Source: Felis catus
Taxonomy: Eukaryota
Assembly: GCF_018350175.1 (NCBI RefSeq)
Contig: NC_058368.1
Coordinates: forward strand, 178,128,001-178,192,000
Direction of reading: 5' to 3'
DNA: 64,000 nt
Shown: piece by piece, positions 50,338 to 63,759 of the stretch
How positions within the stretch are numbered: the first letter of the stretch is position 1
Layout of the letters: each line of letters opens with the position of its first letter
Made by a program: the position numbers and the translations under genes
The notes under the pieces: model-generated
Database searches by the model: none
Told to the model about the DNA's origin: nothing
What the model saw: only the letters and a program-made list of their open reading frames with translations

Positions 50338-52645
50338 CCCAAAACCCCACAAAGTAACTTGAAACCTTAGGAAAGTGTATTTGATGAACAAAAACTAAAA
50401 TGGTATCCAGTCCAGCCAAAATGGAGATTGGAGGTTTGAGTGGTAGAAATGAAGGTAATGGGACATGAGAAAAGTGCTGCTAGATTCCGAGATATGAGGA
50501 GTGGGCTTCAGCGAAGGTTATAGAAGAGGCGATACCCCAGCTGAATCTTGAAGGTGAGTGGGTATCAGTGGCAGGAAGGACATTCCGAGTGGAGGGAACA
50601 GTGTGAGTGCAAGCAGGGGGGGCTGATACAAGGGCTCAGTGTGGCACGGGCAGGGTGGGGAAGTAGGCAGGGCACCTTGTGGCCATCCTGGCATGCCATA
50701 CTCTGGAGTTTGGGCTTCATTTTATGGGAATGGTGAAGCGACATGAGCAAATCTGTATTGTAGAAAAATCACTCTGGCAGCTGTTTGGTGGAAAGGTTGC
50801 GGTTGGAGAAACGAAAGGCAACGGGCCCAGCTCAGGAACCAGAGCAGGGTGCAGGTGAGCACTGATGCGGGCCTCAACTAAAGAGTTTGGCCTGGGCCTG
50901 TCTCTTCCCTTCAGATGTAAAAGGACGGGGGTTAAATTAAATGATCTCTAAGGCTTGTTTGCTTTGCCCAGGGTCCCGGGGAGGATTCCTCTTCTCTGGG
51001 ATGGGGACGGGGGGCTCAAGACACTAGGGAGGACAAAAGTGCAGGCCAGCCAGGCTAGAGGAGCACCATGATTCTGGTGGGTAGTACAGAGAAATAAAAA
51101 TGCCTGGGACAACAGTCAGTCTCCAGGAGGGTTACAGGGTGGCTGGAAGACACTGAACACTTTCCAGAGGGTAGAATGAGGCCCGTGAGACCCACCTCCC
51201 ATCGCTGAGACACTGAGCCAGGCTGGGAGCCTGGTCACCATTCTGAAGGATTGAGAAGCCTCTGAGTGGCAGGCACAGCCATCTCCTGGCGTCATCAGAC
51301 CCCCACTCCAGCTCTCAGCCACACCGTCTCCTGCCTGGTGCATGCCAAGTTCTGCCTAACTTCTTCCCCCTGGCAGCTGTATTTCATATCATGGTGTTCA
51401 CCTCCCCAGCCTCTCCATTCCCCCGCCCGGCTCCTCTCTCTTCTCTATATATTATCTCCTTCTACCACCCTCCATTACCCAGTCGTTTACTATGCTTATT
51501 GCTTATTTTCTATCGGTCTCTTCGCTACAGAAAGAAAGCTCCCCTAGGCAGGGGCCTTCATCTGTTTTGTTCCCTGATGGAGTCCAGTGCCTGGCACATA
51601 ACAGAAAGACAGATTTGCTGAATGAGCCCCAGTAACTCAATACTGTTGTCCCTTTAGGATTCCTGTCTTAGGAAGCTCAGAGCCAAAGAGTTGGAATGCC
51701 TTGCTCAAGGACATGGCCAGCGAGTGGCTGACTGCCAAGTCTGTGTCCCCTCCACCAGGCGTGGCTGAACCCCAAACTGAGATGGTCTCACCTCCGGGCT
51801 CACACTGCGCCTTCCTCAACTGGGCTTCCTCAGCCCCATGGACAACTCTCAGGGTCCCGTTCAACATCCCCCTCCTCCTGACTGAAGAAGGATACCCTTT
51901 TGCTAAGGAGATCTGCTCTAGTTAAAGTCTGGAACAAGTAGACGCTTTGGGGCCGTGGTAGTGGGTTGTGCTGAATTTTCTCATGCTCAAGGATGTAGAT
52001 GTTAGAGACACTTGCCTTAGGGTCGTGGGGAGAGTAGAGGCAGGTGGAAGGCAGGGGGTGCAATTTAGCAGAGAGGCTTGCAAGGAGCAGCTAATTCTGG
52101 AGGTGCCTCAGAGACCAGTCCTCTGAGGTTAGAGGAATCAATCCAGCCCATTTTTGCCACAGGCTCCGGCTTGCTCCCACCCTCTTTCCTTGAATATTAT
52201 ATATGTGTCACTCCAAGCTCAGCCTGAGAACACAATGTGTTTTTTTAATCCCTCCAACATGTGTTTGTTTTGTAAACACTCATGCAGCCAGTTCAGGTGT
52301 GGCCTTGTCAGACCTCTTCCTGGGCCACCCAAGAAATACTACCCTCTTGCTACTGCCATTCCACCAAAAGACTGGGCACCAACCTAGAATGCTAACGAGG
52401 TGCCAAGGTGTCCAGGAAGGACCCTCTACTGTGGTACCAAACTGACTCCATCTTTTCCCCTTCTTCCCTTCTCTGTTCTGCTGTCACCATGCCCCAAACA
52501 TACCACGTTCATTCACGCCTCCCTGTCGTCACACACCCATTCCCTCTTCCTGGATCACCCGCCCTGCTCTCCCACTCACTGAACTGCTCCTCATTCTTCC
52601 AGACTCAGTGCTGGCCTCTCCGGGAGGTCTTTCTGCTTGCTGACC

Positions 52646-52649
<4 letters not shown>

Positions 52650-52724
<75 letters not shown>

Positions 52725-52741
52725 CTCTCTCTCTCTCTCTT
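52650..52741. repeat. Compound (AC)20-(TC)n microsatellite followed by CA-rich low complexity to ~53010
   Basis: Directly visible. Confidence 0.95.
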
Positions 52742-55657
52742 TACACAGATGCATACATACACACCTTCTGTATACACACACATGCACACACAAAGATACA
52801 CATGCATACACACCACACACCCTATTCACACATAGACACACACATCTATACCCTTAATAGATACATAGATATCCATAATCTCCTTCCCCTATGTACATAC
52901 ACACCCATATTGTCTTCCAAATACCCCCACTCACGTACACAAACGTACGCCACCTTCCCCACACACATTCACACACTCACAGTGCCCTCTGTGCCATCCT
53001 GACACACACAGCAGCCAGCTACTCCTTCTCCATGCTCTGTAGCGTGCTGGGCATGGCTCTGTTAGCAGGGCCTGTCCTGAGCTGTGGCTGTTCATTTCCT
53101 GTTCCTCACTTCTCAACCAAGAGCCCTGTCTGGCCAGTGGGAAGGTCACTTCAGAAGATACTTTAAGGCAAAAACAGAAGTGCTCGGGCAAAATGATTTA
53201 CCAGAAATATTCTGGCTCAGCCTTTCCTCAGGCGAAAGGAACACTAAATGAATTTGGATCAATGGGTGAAAACATCTCTTATCCTGAATGGTCATCTTTA
53301 CAAGGTTGCCAACATGCTCACTAATTCAAATCCCTACTTCTCTTCTTGTTGGAGTCTTTCAAGAGCTTCCCCCAATTCTCTTGCCTCCGTTTTCTCCCAT
53401 CTACTACACACTGCCACAGCCCTCTTTCTAAAATGCAATTCTAGTCATGTCACTCTCTGCCTCAAACACTATCAATGGCTCCCTATTGCCTCTAGTAAGG
53501 TTCTAAATTCCGTATTAATCCATTTCAGGCCCTCCATGGTCTCTCCCACATGACTTCCCTAGCCTTACTCCCACTACAAGCTCACTTTCAACATGCTGTA
53601 CCCTGTGTCCCAGCCACACCAAACATGTTCTGCCTTTTCTGCATACCACGGTCTGCTTTTGTTGCCACCTTCACCCGGGATACCCTTCCTTGCCCGTCTC
53701 CCCCTCTTGAAAGCTAACTTATCCTTTAAGACCTCAAATGCCTCTTCTTTCCAAGAACCTCCAAGTTGGAGTGAATCTCTCTGTCCCCTAGCACTTGGCC
53801 CCTATAAGGCAGCAAAGTGCAAGAGTGGATTGGATGCATGTTTATCTATTGAAAGCTCTTTGAAGTCAGGAACTGTGTGTTATTAGTTGTTGTGGCTGTT
53901 TTCTACAAGCTCTTTTAGGAACTACTGATGCTGACAGACGAAAGCAGGGGCTCTGTGATGGCTGGAAATCCTCTGCAGCCACACGCATGGGGCATGGCAG
54001 AGTGGTCAGCAGGGAGAAGACCCAGGGACGACACTGAGGTTTTTGGAGAGCAGCTTCCAATGGCTGGGGAAGCCCATTCCAGCTGAGGCCGTTTTATTTT
54101 CCCCTTTGTGAGATCCAGGCAGCCTCTTTCCTTCCTAAGCCTCTTCCTCTTCTGTCTGGCTTCCCTCTCTGGCTGTTCTCCAGGGGAAATTTGTATCTAT
54201 AATGGTGGAATAATTAGCTCCCAATCCTGGCATGCATTAACCTTGAATTGATGGTGTCAGCTAATGAGAGAGAGGGGGCAGGAGGGCTCAGGCATTAGGG
54301 CGCCTGTAACCGAACTCCTTTCTCTAGGGCCTGGCTTGAGCTGAGCCACAGCTAAGTGGCACATGTTTTCACTCCCAAGTAACAGAGATCATTATAGGTT
54401 TGCCCACGCTCTTGTGTCCAAAATCGATGCTCTCCATTTCCGTCAAATCTCCCCACCCCCAAACAAGCAAACAGCAAATTAATTAAACAGTGTATTTCTT
54501 CCCACAAAGATACCTTTACCTGTGGACTTTGGGTTGTCCTGGCAACAGGGAAACACGAGTCATAACCCTTGCTTAGTGACCGTGTGAACCTGGACAAGTT
54601 GCTTGGCTCATTTTGAGTCTGTTATCCGTAAAATGGAGATAGTTATAGTATCTACGTCATAGGATTGTTGTATGGATTAAATGACCCAATATACGTAGGT
54701 GCTCAATTATAGGGCTGCATTCAACAACGTGAGCTGTTATTATTATTTGGTGCAGGTGAGCCCTGTGACCCTGTACCCTCTCTGCACCCCAGATTCCCTT
54801 TTTCTATAATAGGGGCTGAGACTTGGTCATCGGTAACTCTCAGGTGGAATGCTAAGACGCGATAGGTCTTAGGTCTCCCCTGCAACCCTGGCTATTTATA
54901 TGCCCGATCCTGCTGCTGTTTCTATCACTTAGAGCCTGCCTTGTTCCCATGTTCCACCGACGTGGAAGATTTCTCTAATAGTTGTCAGAATAGTCCTGGT
55001 GACATGATGATGGAGAGAAGTGATTTTCTTAAGAGCTCCAATTAGAGCTGCCTTCTGCAGTTGGGAGAAGTCACCACACTTCACCAGTTGCTTCCTCAAA
55101 TGGCAGCTGACTGTATCAGTCCACATAGCAACCCTTAAGTCAGGACAGCATTTTACAGTCTGTGGAGTTTTTCCATCTCTGTCACCTCAGTTCTCCCTCC
55201 CAATAACCTTCTGGGATAGCTGGACTAATATTATCAATCCCATTTTATAGATGGCATGTTCACTCATTCGTTTGCTCATTCATTCGATGAACATTGAGGG
55301 AGCACATTTTGTGCAAGTGGCGCCAGGACTGGTGTGTGTGGCTGAGGTGTCAATGCTCTAAGTAGAGTCTCTGAGACAGCATTCCAGGCCATCCTGTGCT
55401 GGGTCCAGTGTGCCCTGTATCTCCCCACATCCCTCTCCTGGGCCCACATCCCTCTCCTGGGGTTGGCCCCTGGCCCTACCCCATTTCTGGCACTGAGGTC
55501 CTCACTGACAATCACTTCTAAGACAGTGTGTCCACCCAGGCATCCCCCTTGGGTTTGTCTGCTCCACCCTAACCCACCTGATGAATTATTACCCTCTACA
55601 CCTCAGCTGCCCTTCTGTGGAAGCTCCCCTTACTCTACCTTTATGGTACTTCGTGGG

Positions 55658-55684
55658 GTTTTCTTGTTAATGTTTATTTACTTT

Positions 55685-55715
<31 letters not shown>

Positions 55716-55880
55716 CAAGTGGGGGAGAGGCAGAGAGAAGAATGAGACACAGAATCTGAAGCAGGCTCCAGGCTCCAAGTGTCAGCATAGAGCTTGACAC
55801 AGGGCTTGAACTCATGAACTGTGAGATCATGATCCGAGCTGAAGTCCGAAGCTTAATTGAGGGAGCCACCCAAGGACCCC
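55658..55880 (-). mobile_element. Can-SINE
   Basis: TGTTTATTTACTTTGAGACAGAGAGAG...GAGCCACCCAAGGACCCC. Confidence 0.88.
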
Positions 55881-56804
55881 TCTTTGTGGTACTTTGCATG
55901 CATCCCCATGACCACATTCACCACGTTGCATTGTAACAATTTACGTACAGTCGGACACTTGGACACGTCTTTCCTGCACCTCCATCCCCTCCACATACAT
56001 CCCCACCCATGCACAAAGCCACTTGTTGGGAAATTTGGGAGGTCAGGGGACCCTCCTGTCATCTCTAAATCTCCAGAGTCAAGCCCAACGTCTGGCACAG
56101 TTTGTTGAGTGGATGCAGTATTTCTGAGTCATTCCCCTCCCAGAGGAATGTTGGTATCTCACACCCTCTGGGTGTAGTTGAGTGAGGAAGGGGTTAAGAA
56201 GCAGAGGTGGAGAGTGCTATTAAAGACTGAAGCGGGATACTGGGCCTGGGCCGAGCACCTCCTTGCTTCCCGGGGGGGGGGGGGGGGTAGATTGTTTTAA
56301 TAAGAGACACCTCTCTCGCTGACAGACAAGTCATTAAAGGCAAGTGCGCCCTTCCCCATCTGCTTCTATACTCTTTCCTCCCATGGATCCTGGGTCAGGA
56401 AATTAGAAAGACAAAAAGCAGCCAGGTTGCTTGCTTAGAGAAGATGGAAGGGGATTTGCGCTGAAGGTCTCCCAAATGCCAGGGTTCCTCATTACTAAGT
56501 GATATGGTCCCCACTTCATAGGTGAGTTCACAGTTCCAGTGTTCAAGGAACTTACCCAAGCCAACACAGCAGTTCCCAGGCCAAGGTGAGATTTGACATG
56601 AGAATGCCCCAGCCCTCCTCGAAGCCCGTGCTTTTCCCTACCCCATGCTGAGAGAACTTGGAGAAAGATCCAGAGGGAAATGGTCCTGTCAGGTGGTGGA
56701 GTGAGGTAGCTGAAGGTTGTAAATATAGCCAAGAACCCTGTAAATGGCTCCAGGCTCCATCAGGTACCAGGCAGATGGGTCTTGGATAGAAAATAGACAA
56801 GTCA

Positions 56805-56975
56805 CGGCACCGGGGTGGCTCAGCCGGTTGAGTGTCCAATTTGGGCTCAGGTCATGATCCCACAGTTTGTGAATTCAAGCCCCACATTGCAGAGGCTGCC
56901 CCAGATCCTCTGTCCCCCTCTCTCTGCTCCTCCTTTGCTAGTGCTCTCTCAAAATAAATAAAACATTAAAAAAAA
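56805..56975 (+). mobile_element. Can-SINE with internal deletion, TSD AAAATAGACA(A/T)GTCA
   Basis: Head, tail and flanking duplication visible. Confidence 0.85.
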
Positions 56976-57258
56976 TAGACATGTCAGTTGGGAATGGGAA
57001 AGGTTTGGAGAAGGTTATGTTGACCCTGGGAAAGGGCTGATGTCTCCATATGTGAACTCTGCTTAGTGTCTGTCTGGTATTATTTTACCTGTAAATAGTT
57101 ACTGAGCTCACGAAAGTAGCCAGGAGGTAGGGACAGTTAGGGTCACTTATCCTAAAGGGACCACCACAGAGGGGCAGATGGGAGCTGGTGGCAATCATCT
57201 GGAAGGACCCTGAAGTGAAAGCCCCAAAGCTTCTGTGAAGCAGAGGGCTGCTGTGCTG

Positions 57259-57260
<2 letters not shown>

Positions 57261-57292
<32 letters not shown>
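57261..57292. repeat. (GT)16 microsatellite
   Basis: Directly visible. Confidence 0.95.
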
Positions 57293-57294
<2 letters not shown>

Positions 57295-57984
57295 TTTCTC
57301 AGGAGCATAGTCTGAGTTTTGTTCAGTGTGGTTCTCTGGGCTGTCATTCCTGCCATCACTGACTGTGTCAGCTGCAGTAAATCTTCCTCTACCTCAGCTG
57401 GCTCCATGTGACCATTTGGGCTACATCTGCCTACCCCTCAGGGGCCCTTGTTTGACCAGCTCTTGGGAAAAGCAATTAACTCCATTTTCCATTTACTCAA
57501 AAGTCATGTTGCCTGGAGAGGCATCTCTGGGTTTTGGGAAAGTGACTGAACTAAGGACTGGCCAAAGGCCATGTGGTAGGGACAGCCACCTGAACGCACA
57601 CAATGCTGGCACCCTCCCTTACCTTCTCTGCTCAGAAGCCAGGTTGAGGCTCAGGCAGAGCTTAAGGCAATCAAATAACCTCCTGGTCTAGTCCCCTTTC
57701 CTGTGCTTCCACTAGGATTGACTCCAACACCATGGATTCTGTAACCAAGACTCTGAGGCTGGGGCTCTGGGAATGAGCCCAGAATTGAAGCAGGTTCCCT
57801 GCCCCCACCGAGGTAGTGTTGACATCATCTTACACTTGAACTCTGCCATGACTCTCTTGTCTCTTCTAGCTACTAAGATAATAGTGTGTGTAGGGCTCTT
57901 CATAGATTATGAATTGCCTTATCCAGCAGTTAACTGATAGGCTAGGAGAGATGCTATTTGAGTTATATCTGGTTTCTTCATTCT

Positions 57985-58445
57985 CTGATTCAGCCAATAA
58001 TTATTAACACCTACTCTGGGCCAAACCCCATGCTAAGTGCTGAGAAGATAAAGATGTATATGACATGGTCTGTCCTTTCAAGGATTCATACTCAGCTGGA
58101 GGAAAGAAAGTTATAAGCAACCTCTGTGCAGGGCGGGAAGTATCATCATAGAGAAAGATGCCCAATGTGCTGGAAGAAGGGAAGAGAATGGGTGGAACTA
58201 TCTGGGAACTCTAGGAAGACTTCACCATGGAGGTAACAGCTGAACTGGTTCTTGAAGGATGGCTAGCAAAGGCCCTTCTGGATGGAGGGAACAGTGGGTA
58301 CAAGAGGCCAGAGGTTGTGAAGGGGAGAGTGTGTCCCAGGAAAACACCCAGGTGGGGGACAAGAGGAATGTCACATGGTGGGCCTGGTACTTATTTAGAG
58401 AAGCTAAGAAGTTTGGACTTTATCAGATGGACAACTGGGAGCCAA
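57985..58445 (-). mobile_element. L2 fragment (representative; others at ~1610-1800, 31200-31860, 46780-47060, 53330-53800)
   Basis: ATTCAGCCAATAATTATTAACACCTACT...GCTAAGTGCTG...GGAAGACTTCACC...GAACTGGTTCTTGAAGGATG. Confidence 0.65.
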
Positions 58446-59597
58446 CAAAGGATTCATCAGAGAGCCATCCACTTGATGTATATAGCATGGGAATGTGGCC
58501 CATGCATTAGAGAAGAGCTCCAGGTCTGGGGTCTCATGATTGGTTCCAAGCAGCAGTAAGGTTTAGGTGAGGAAACTCTCATTGCTGGGGCTGCAGACTA
58601 ATCGTGGTTGCCCACCACACTCATCAACTCTGCAGATCTGGTAAGAAAGTATAAATGACTCAACCAGCTTCCATCCCTGTAACTGAAATATAAGGCAGCA
58701 CTGAACGTACATCTTGTCTCGCGAAGGACAGCATGTAATAACCAACAAGAATAGAGCCTACATTTTCTAGCCAATACAAAAATGCAGACATATATCCATA
58801 GAAGTTTGGAGCAGGAGGGTCCTAATACACGTTTTCATTAAATTTTATTTTTCTTGTGGGTTTCAAGACTAAAGATCCCCTCCTTTCCTCCTAGTTTTCT
58901 AATGATCAGAGATCATCCTTTGTTTTAAAGGTGGGAAAACTGAGACCCTGAAAATGTAAGTGAATTGCCCCAGATCCCATTTGTGGTCAGTGGCAGAGTG
59001 AGTGTGGGAACTCTTGAGGACAGGAGTAGGGGAGGAGGCTGGGATTCCTATAGATGAGGATGCGCTGATGCAATTGCTTAGGGAATTTTCTTTTCTGAAA
59101 CAAACAACCCTTCCCCCCACCTCCCGCGCCAAGTAACACTATCTTCTACTTGACTTACCTGATTCCCAGGGCCAGAGGCTACTATTTGTCACCCATGTTT
59201 TCCCAGCTTCTTCAAGATCAGCCTTCAAGAACCCAGGAAGGAACAGCAGGACGGTGGGAGGAGGGAAGAAAGTATCTTCCTTCTTGTATTGTTGCCCTCG
59301 CCACCTAAGGTTCCCAGGCGGGACCCCAAAGGCAGGCTTCTTCATGGAGCATCTTGGCAGGGGTTTCAGTGGAGGGCAACATAACAAATAACACTGCCCC
59401 TCTCTCTGCTGTCCTTTCATGTCAGAGACGTTTGCAAAACAGGGAGGCAACCATTCTTGCCCCCCATAGCTGGGATTCCCTACTCTGTTGCCTCAGTGCA
59501 GAGCATTCGCTACTATTGTGGGGGCATCTCTGCAGCTGTGTTTAATATGTAATTCACTAAGAAGGATGAATGAAAACTTTTCTCTTTTGCTCCTATA

Positions 59598-59767
59598 TAG
59601 CATTCCCAGCTTTGGCAAATGAAAATATGGGACATCCATTAAATGTGAATTTCAGCTAAGCAATGAATACTTTTTTTGGCATAAGCATGCCCCCAATATT
59701 GCATCCGTTGATGCTTTTTCAAAATTTAAATCTAACCTGGTGTCCTGTATTTTATGCGGCAACTCTA
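59598..59767. mobile_element. MER53-like palindromic MITE
   Basis: Arms GCAAATGAAAATATGGGACATCCATTAAATGTGAATTTCAG and ...AAATTTAAATCTAACCTGGTGTCCTGTATTTTA...GGCAACTCTA are mutually complementary. Confidence 0.75.
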
Positions 59768-60812
59768 CTCCCACCATAAGGAAAATGGCCCCATGGTCAT
59801 TTTCTCTGACCAGAGAGCAATTGCTTACACTTGTTTTTGCCGTGATGATCTGTTTTGAACTTGTTAAAATAATTGGTCAAAATGGATGTGTGCCTAGGGA
59901 GTTCAGATGTCTGCATTTCCAGAAGAGGGTGGGAAATCGAATCCAAATATTGCTATTTCTGATGATTAATCATTAATGGCGTTTGTGCCTGATGCCAGCT
60001 CCCTCTTTCGACTGAACTGCTAGATCAGATTAGTGGGGAAAAGCCAGCCACTCGCATCTACCCGAGCCCAGGTAGCATCTGCGCTTTTCAATGGGTGGTT
60101 CTGGTGTTTGGAACTATTGTGGTTATATGTAAGTAAGCCATGGAAAATACCTACTTGAGGCCAAAACAGGTCTCACTCTGTAAACGCTATCTTTATTGAT
60201 TGAGCAGATAAACTCTCCATACCTGAGAGAGGGGATGCTCCCCTGCCCCAGTAATTTAGAAATAAAGTAGCCCCTTGAGAGTTACAGAGCACATTTCACA
60301 GAAAATGAATGAAGGAAATCATCTATAGACATTATCCGAGAGGATGACAGGGTGTTTTTTGAAAGCTCACACTCCAATAGAAGGGACCTGGGCAATGTCT
60401 CCTGGAACAGGTCCCACAGTGGAGTTGTAACTGAGGAAGCTGATAGGGCGGCAGTAGGATCACGGGTCTCTGAAGAATACGAGAGTTACCCATAGGGGAG
60501 GGTCAGCCTGGAGCCTTGAAAAAGGGAGCTCACAGACAAAGAGCCTGGCAGTGTTCATCCAGGACCTGCCAAGGGAAAGAGGCTGGAATCTGCCAGAAGT
60601 GTTTTCAGGTCACTGGAAAGATTTGTCTCTTGCTGGATAAAGGATAGTTCATGAGGCCTCAGCACAGCGCTGGGTGTCCCTGGTGCCCCCCACACCACCG
60701 CCTCATTTCTCGTGGCTTTTCACCAAGAAGTGATGTTCTGTTTATAATTTGGCTTTCCTTTTGAATGTGTTTGCAGAGATACCAGCACTGACCTTGTAGC
60801 ATAACTATTCTG

Positions 60813-60935
60813 GCTTCCTCCCCACCCTCCCTCCTTTTCTTTCTTCCTTCTTTTCCTTCTCTCTGTTCCTTCTTCTTCTTCCTCTCCCTGTCCTTCCTCC
60901 CCCACTCCCTGTCTTCTTCTTCTTCTTCTTTTCTT
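60813..60935. repeat. Polypyrimidine/polypurine tract, (CTT)n-rich
   Basis: ~120 nt almost purely C/T on the plus strand. Confidence 0.85.
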
Positions 60936-61329
60936 GTAACTCTATTTCTCAAAATGAATTCATAAAGTGAAGTGAATTCTAGTTTGTCCCCAAGCCTCTT
61001 GTGAGAGTGGGTAGTATAAGCTAGTTCCCTCAGGGTCTCTCAGAGCATTGGCATAGTCAAGTTGCTGGACTGGTAATGCTAGGGCCGGGCCCTGGAACCT
61101 GGCTGCCCCACCACAGCTACCACATCACGGCCACCACACCATGGCCTCTGCCCCTGGGCCCGGCTCAGCGGCTCACCTGGCAACGTCTCTGAGCTTTTTT
61201 GAACTGCAACATCCTTGGGCAAACATGCAGTCAGTTTTGTGGCTTATCACCAATCCTGGTTCTATTTTATTTCTGTAAATACTGCCTGTATTTTTTCCAG
61301 AGGCCTTTATCTTATTGTACGAATTCTTA

Positions 61330-61514
61330 AAAAATTTTTTTTAATGTTTATTTATTTTTGACAGAGAGAGAGGGAGGCAGATAGAGGGGGTTCAGAACAT
61401 CTGAAGCGGGCTCTGTGCTGAGAGCAGAGAGCCTGATGTGGGGCTAGAACTCAGGAACCGTGAAATCATGACCTGAGCCAAAGTAGGACGCCTGACTGAG
61501 CCACCCAGGCGCCC
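61330..61514 (-). mobile_element. Can-SINE, TSD CTTATTGTA(C/T)GAATTCTTA
   Basis: TSD 61311-61329 / 61515-61533 with one CpG-type transition. Confidence 0.93.
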
Positions 61515-61645
61515 CTTATTGTATGAATTCTTATAGACAGACACAGGTCTCTTTTGGAGTGAAGGGAGTATAAAGAAATGCACGGTTTAACTGCTAGGGA
61601 TGTAACAGAAAATATTTAATTAAATACCATTCTTAAAAAAGGGCT

Positions 61646-61852
61646 AGGGGCACCTGGGCAGCTCAGTCAGTCGAACCTCCGACTTTGGCTCAGGTCATTG
61701 ATCTCACGGTTGGTGAGTTCGAGCCCCGTATTGGGCTCACTGCTATCAGCGCGGGGCCTGCTTCTGATCTTCTGTCCCTCACCCCCAGCCCCATTCTGCC
61801 CTTCCCCCAATTGTGCGTTCTCTCTCAAAAATAAATAAAAGATTAAAAAAAA
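61646..61852 (+). mobile_element. Can-SINE, head-to-head with the previous copy
   Basis: GGGGCACCTGGGCAGCTCAGTCAG head, AATAAA tail. Confidence 0.9.
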
Positions 61853-63029
61853 GACTAGTCTTCATCAGGTGACTTGAGGCGGGGGGAACTGATCAGTATA
61901 AAATGCAATGTTCCTGTGTCTAAAGAATCCAAGACCCCTTGAAAAATGGGCCCCCAAACCTTCATATTAAGTACCTATTCACTGCTGCTTCCTTTGGCAA
62001 GATGCCAACTGGCTAACCCTTCTGCCTCACTGTAGAAAAGGTGAGCAGCTGTTTGCAATTTCAAGTGCATGTAGAGAAGGTCACTTTCATAATCATCTCT
62101 TCCACATCATATATAGTGTGTGATGAAGCTATACACAGAGGCGGGGGCTCTTATGGCAGGTGGGGACTGGGTGTGACGTTAAATGCCATTGTCCTCCTTC
62201 CTGGAGATGTGTTTGCCATGTTGACACTGAGCCAAAAGGAATGTCCAGAGTGACATTTCAGGTTCCTCTCCTTTTGGTTATATTTTTGAGTTTTGTTGCT
62301 CAGGAGGGTGACTTAAACAATGTAAGAAGGAGGCAATTAACTTAGTTTGAAGGAAGGTTCATGCATTCATTACATAAATATTAGCAGAGCACCTGCTATG
62401 TGCCCAGTGCTATAATCCCCTTTCAGCCTAACAGGAATGAACCTGAGAAACAAGCAGCTTGTTTGCTGGTTCAGTGGTGACAGGCATTGTGTGGTTTGGT
62501 GGCCTGGGCCTATGTCTTGTTGTGCATAGAACTACAGGTCACCACTAGGTCATGGAAATGGGAATAGAGCTGAACATAGGACAAATATGCGGGGGGAGGG
62601 CAGGGGAGGGCAGTGCTGATCTGAGAGATAGCTAGACCTGGGCGAGGATCCAGGCTCCCCCCAACATTCAGATCCCAGGCCCTGAGACAGAGTATTTGCA
62701 TTTTATTATCCGCATTATAGGGTTTTATCCAGGCTGGCAAGGTAAGTGGATGAAACGCTGGGTATGGTGTCAGGAGCTAGGAAAGCCATGGGAATGCGAA
62801 GGGCAGGGTCTAGTAAGGCCGTCGGGATGATAGAAGAGAAAAATCTCTCCATCCCTCCACTTACTCATTCATTCACTCATTAATTCATTCAGCACACCTT
62901 TATCAGTACCTGTTATGTGAAACACAAAGATAAATAAAACATGCCACATACCCTCAAAATTCTTAGGACCTCAGGGGAGAGAAAGCAAGTCAGTCATAAT
63001 GATTAGAAGTACCAACTGGGGCTTGCTAT

Positions 63030-63328
63030 GTGCAATACATTTTCGTGCCCACCCCTACTTTCCTCAGGGTGACAGAAAGAGGGCCAGGTGTCACTTGCAC
63101 ACACCATGGGTTGCATTATAGGAGAGAAAACCTGAGCTTGGGGAACCTGAATCTTTTATAGCGGACAGTCAGCTTATCTGCCCTTAGCTTTGGAGGGGGA
63201 CCGTATCTATCCCATGAGGTCATTTGCTTTACAAACATGCTTGAAAAGATTCTCCATAACTAAGACGATGTCCCTGCTCACAAGATGTGCAGAAACATGA
63301 GAGACTCTTGGAAAACTGCGTCCCAACA
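63030..63328 (-). mobile_element. LTR40-like ERVL LTR
   Basis: Reverse complement begins TGTTGGGACGCAGTTTTCCAAGAGTCTCTCATGTTTCTGCACATCTTGTGAGCAG. Confidence 0.7.
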
Positions 63329-63759
63329 ATGATCAGTTTTATGTCTTTGGGATGACAGTTTTTGTGGAAACAGAGAAGGGGATACTGAGGGAGGTCCACA
63401 GCTTTGGTAACAAGGCAGGCTTTCACCCTCCTCTGGCAGGACTCGTGGGGTGTGGCCACGGTGGAACAGGTCAAAGAGGTTACCAGCAGGAGTGGGGACG
63501 GGGTGGTGGAATCGGGCACCCTTTCCACTGGACAATGATAAAGGCTTTGCTTTGTGGAAAACATGGGGAGTCATCCTATTACCATCTCAGAGCAGGTATC
63601 TAAGAAGAAAGGCAACCTTCCCTGGGTCGGCATGAGGGAGCGTGTTGTGTACAATTCCATGTGACGATCTGAAGGAAGGAAATTAAAATCTGCTCAGGAC
63701 CTACTACATACCAGGTTCTGTGATCAACATTTCATTTCATTTAATCTCGTACTAAGCTA

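Noticed and set aside
52408..53191. Cluster of overlapping ORFs (HTHT/VCVC/RERE)
   Set aside because: Stop-free translations of microsatellites
55424..55462. Short tandem duplication CCCACATCCCTCTCCTGGG x2 (similar case at ~13511-13549)
   Set aside because: Ordinary two-copy slippage duplication with no further structure
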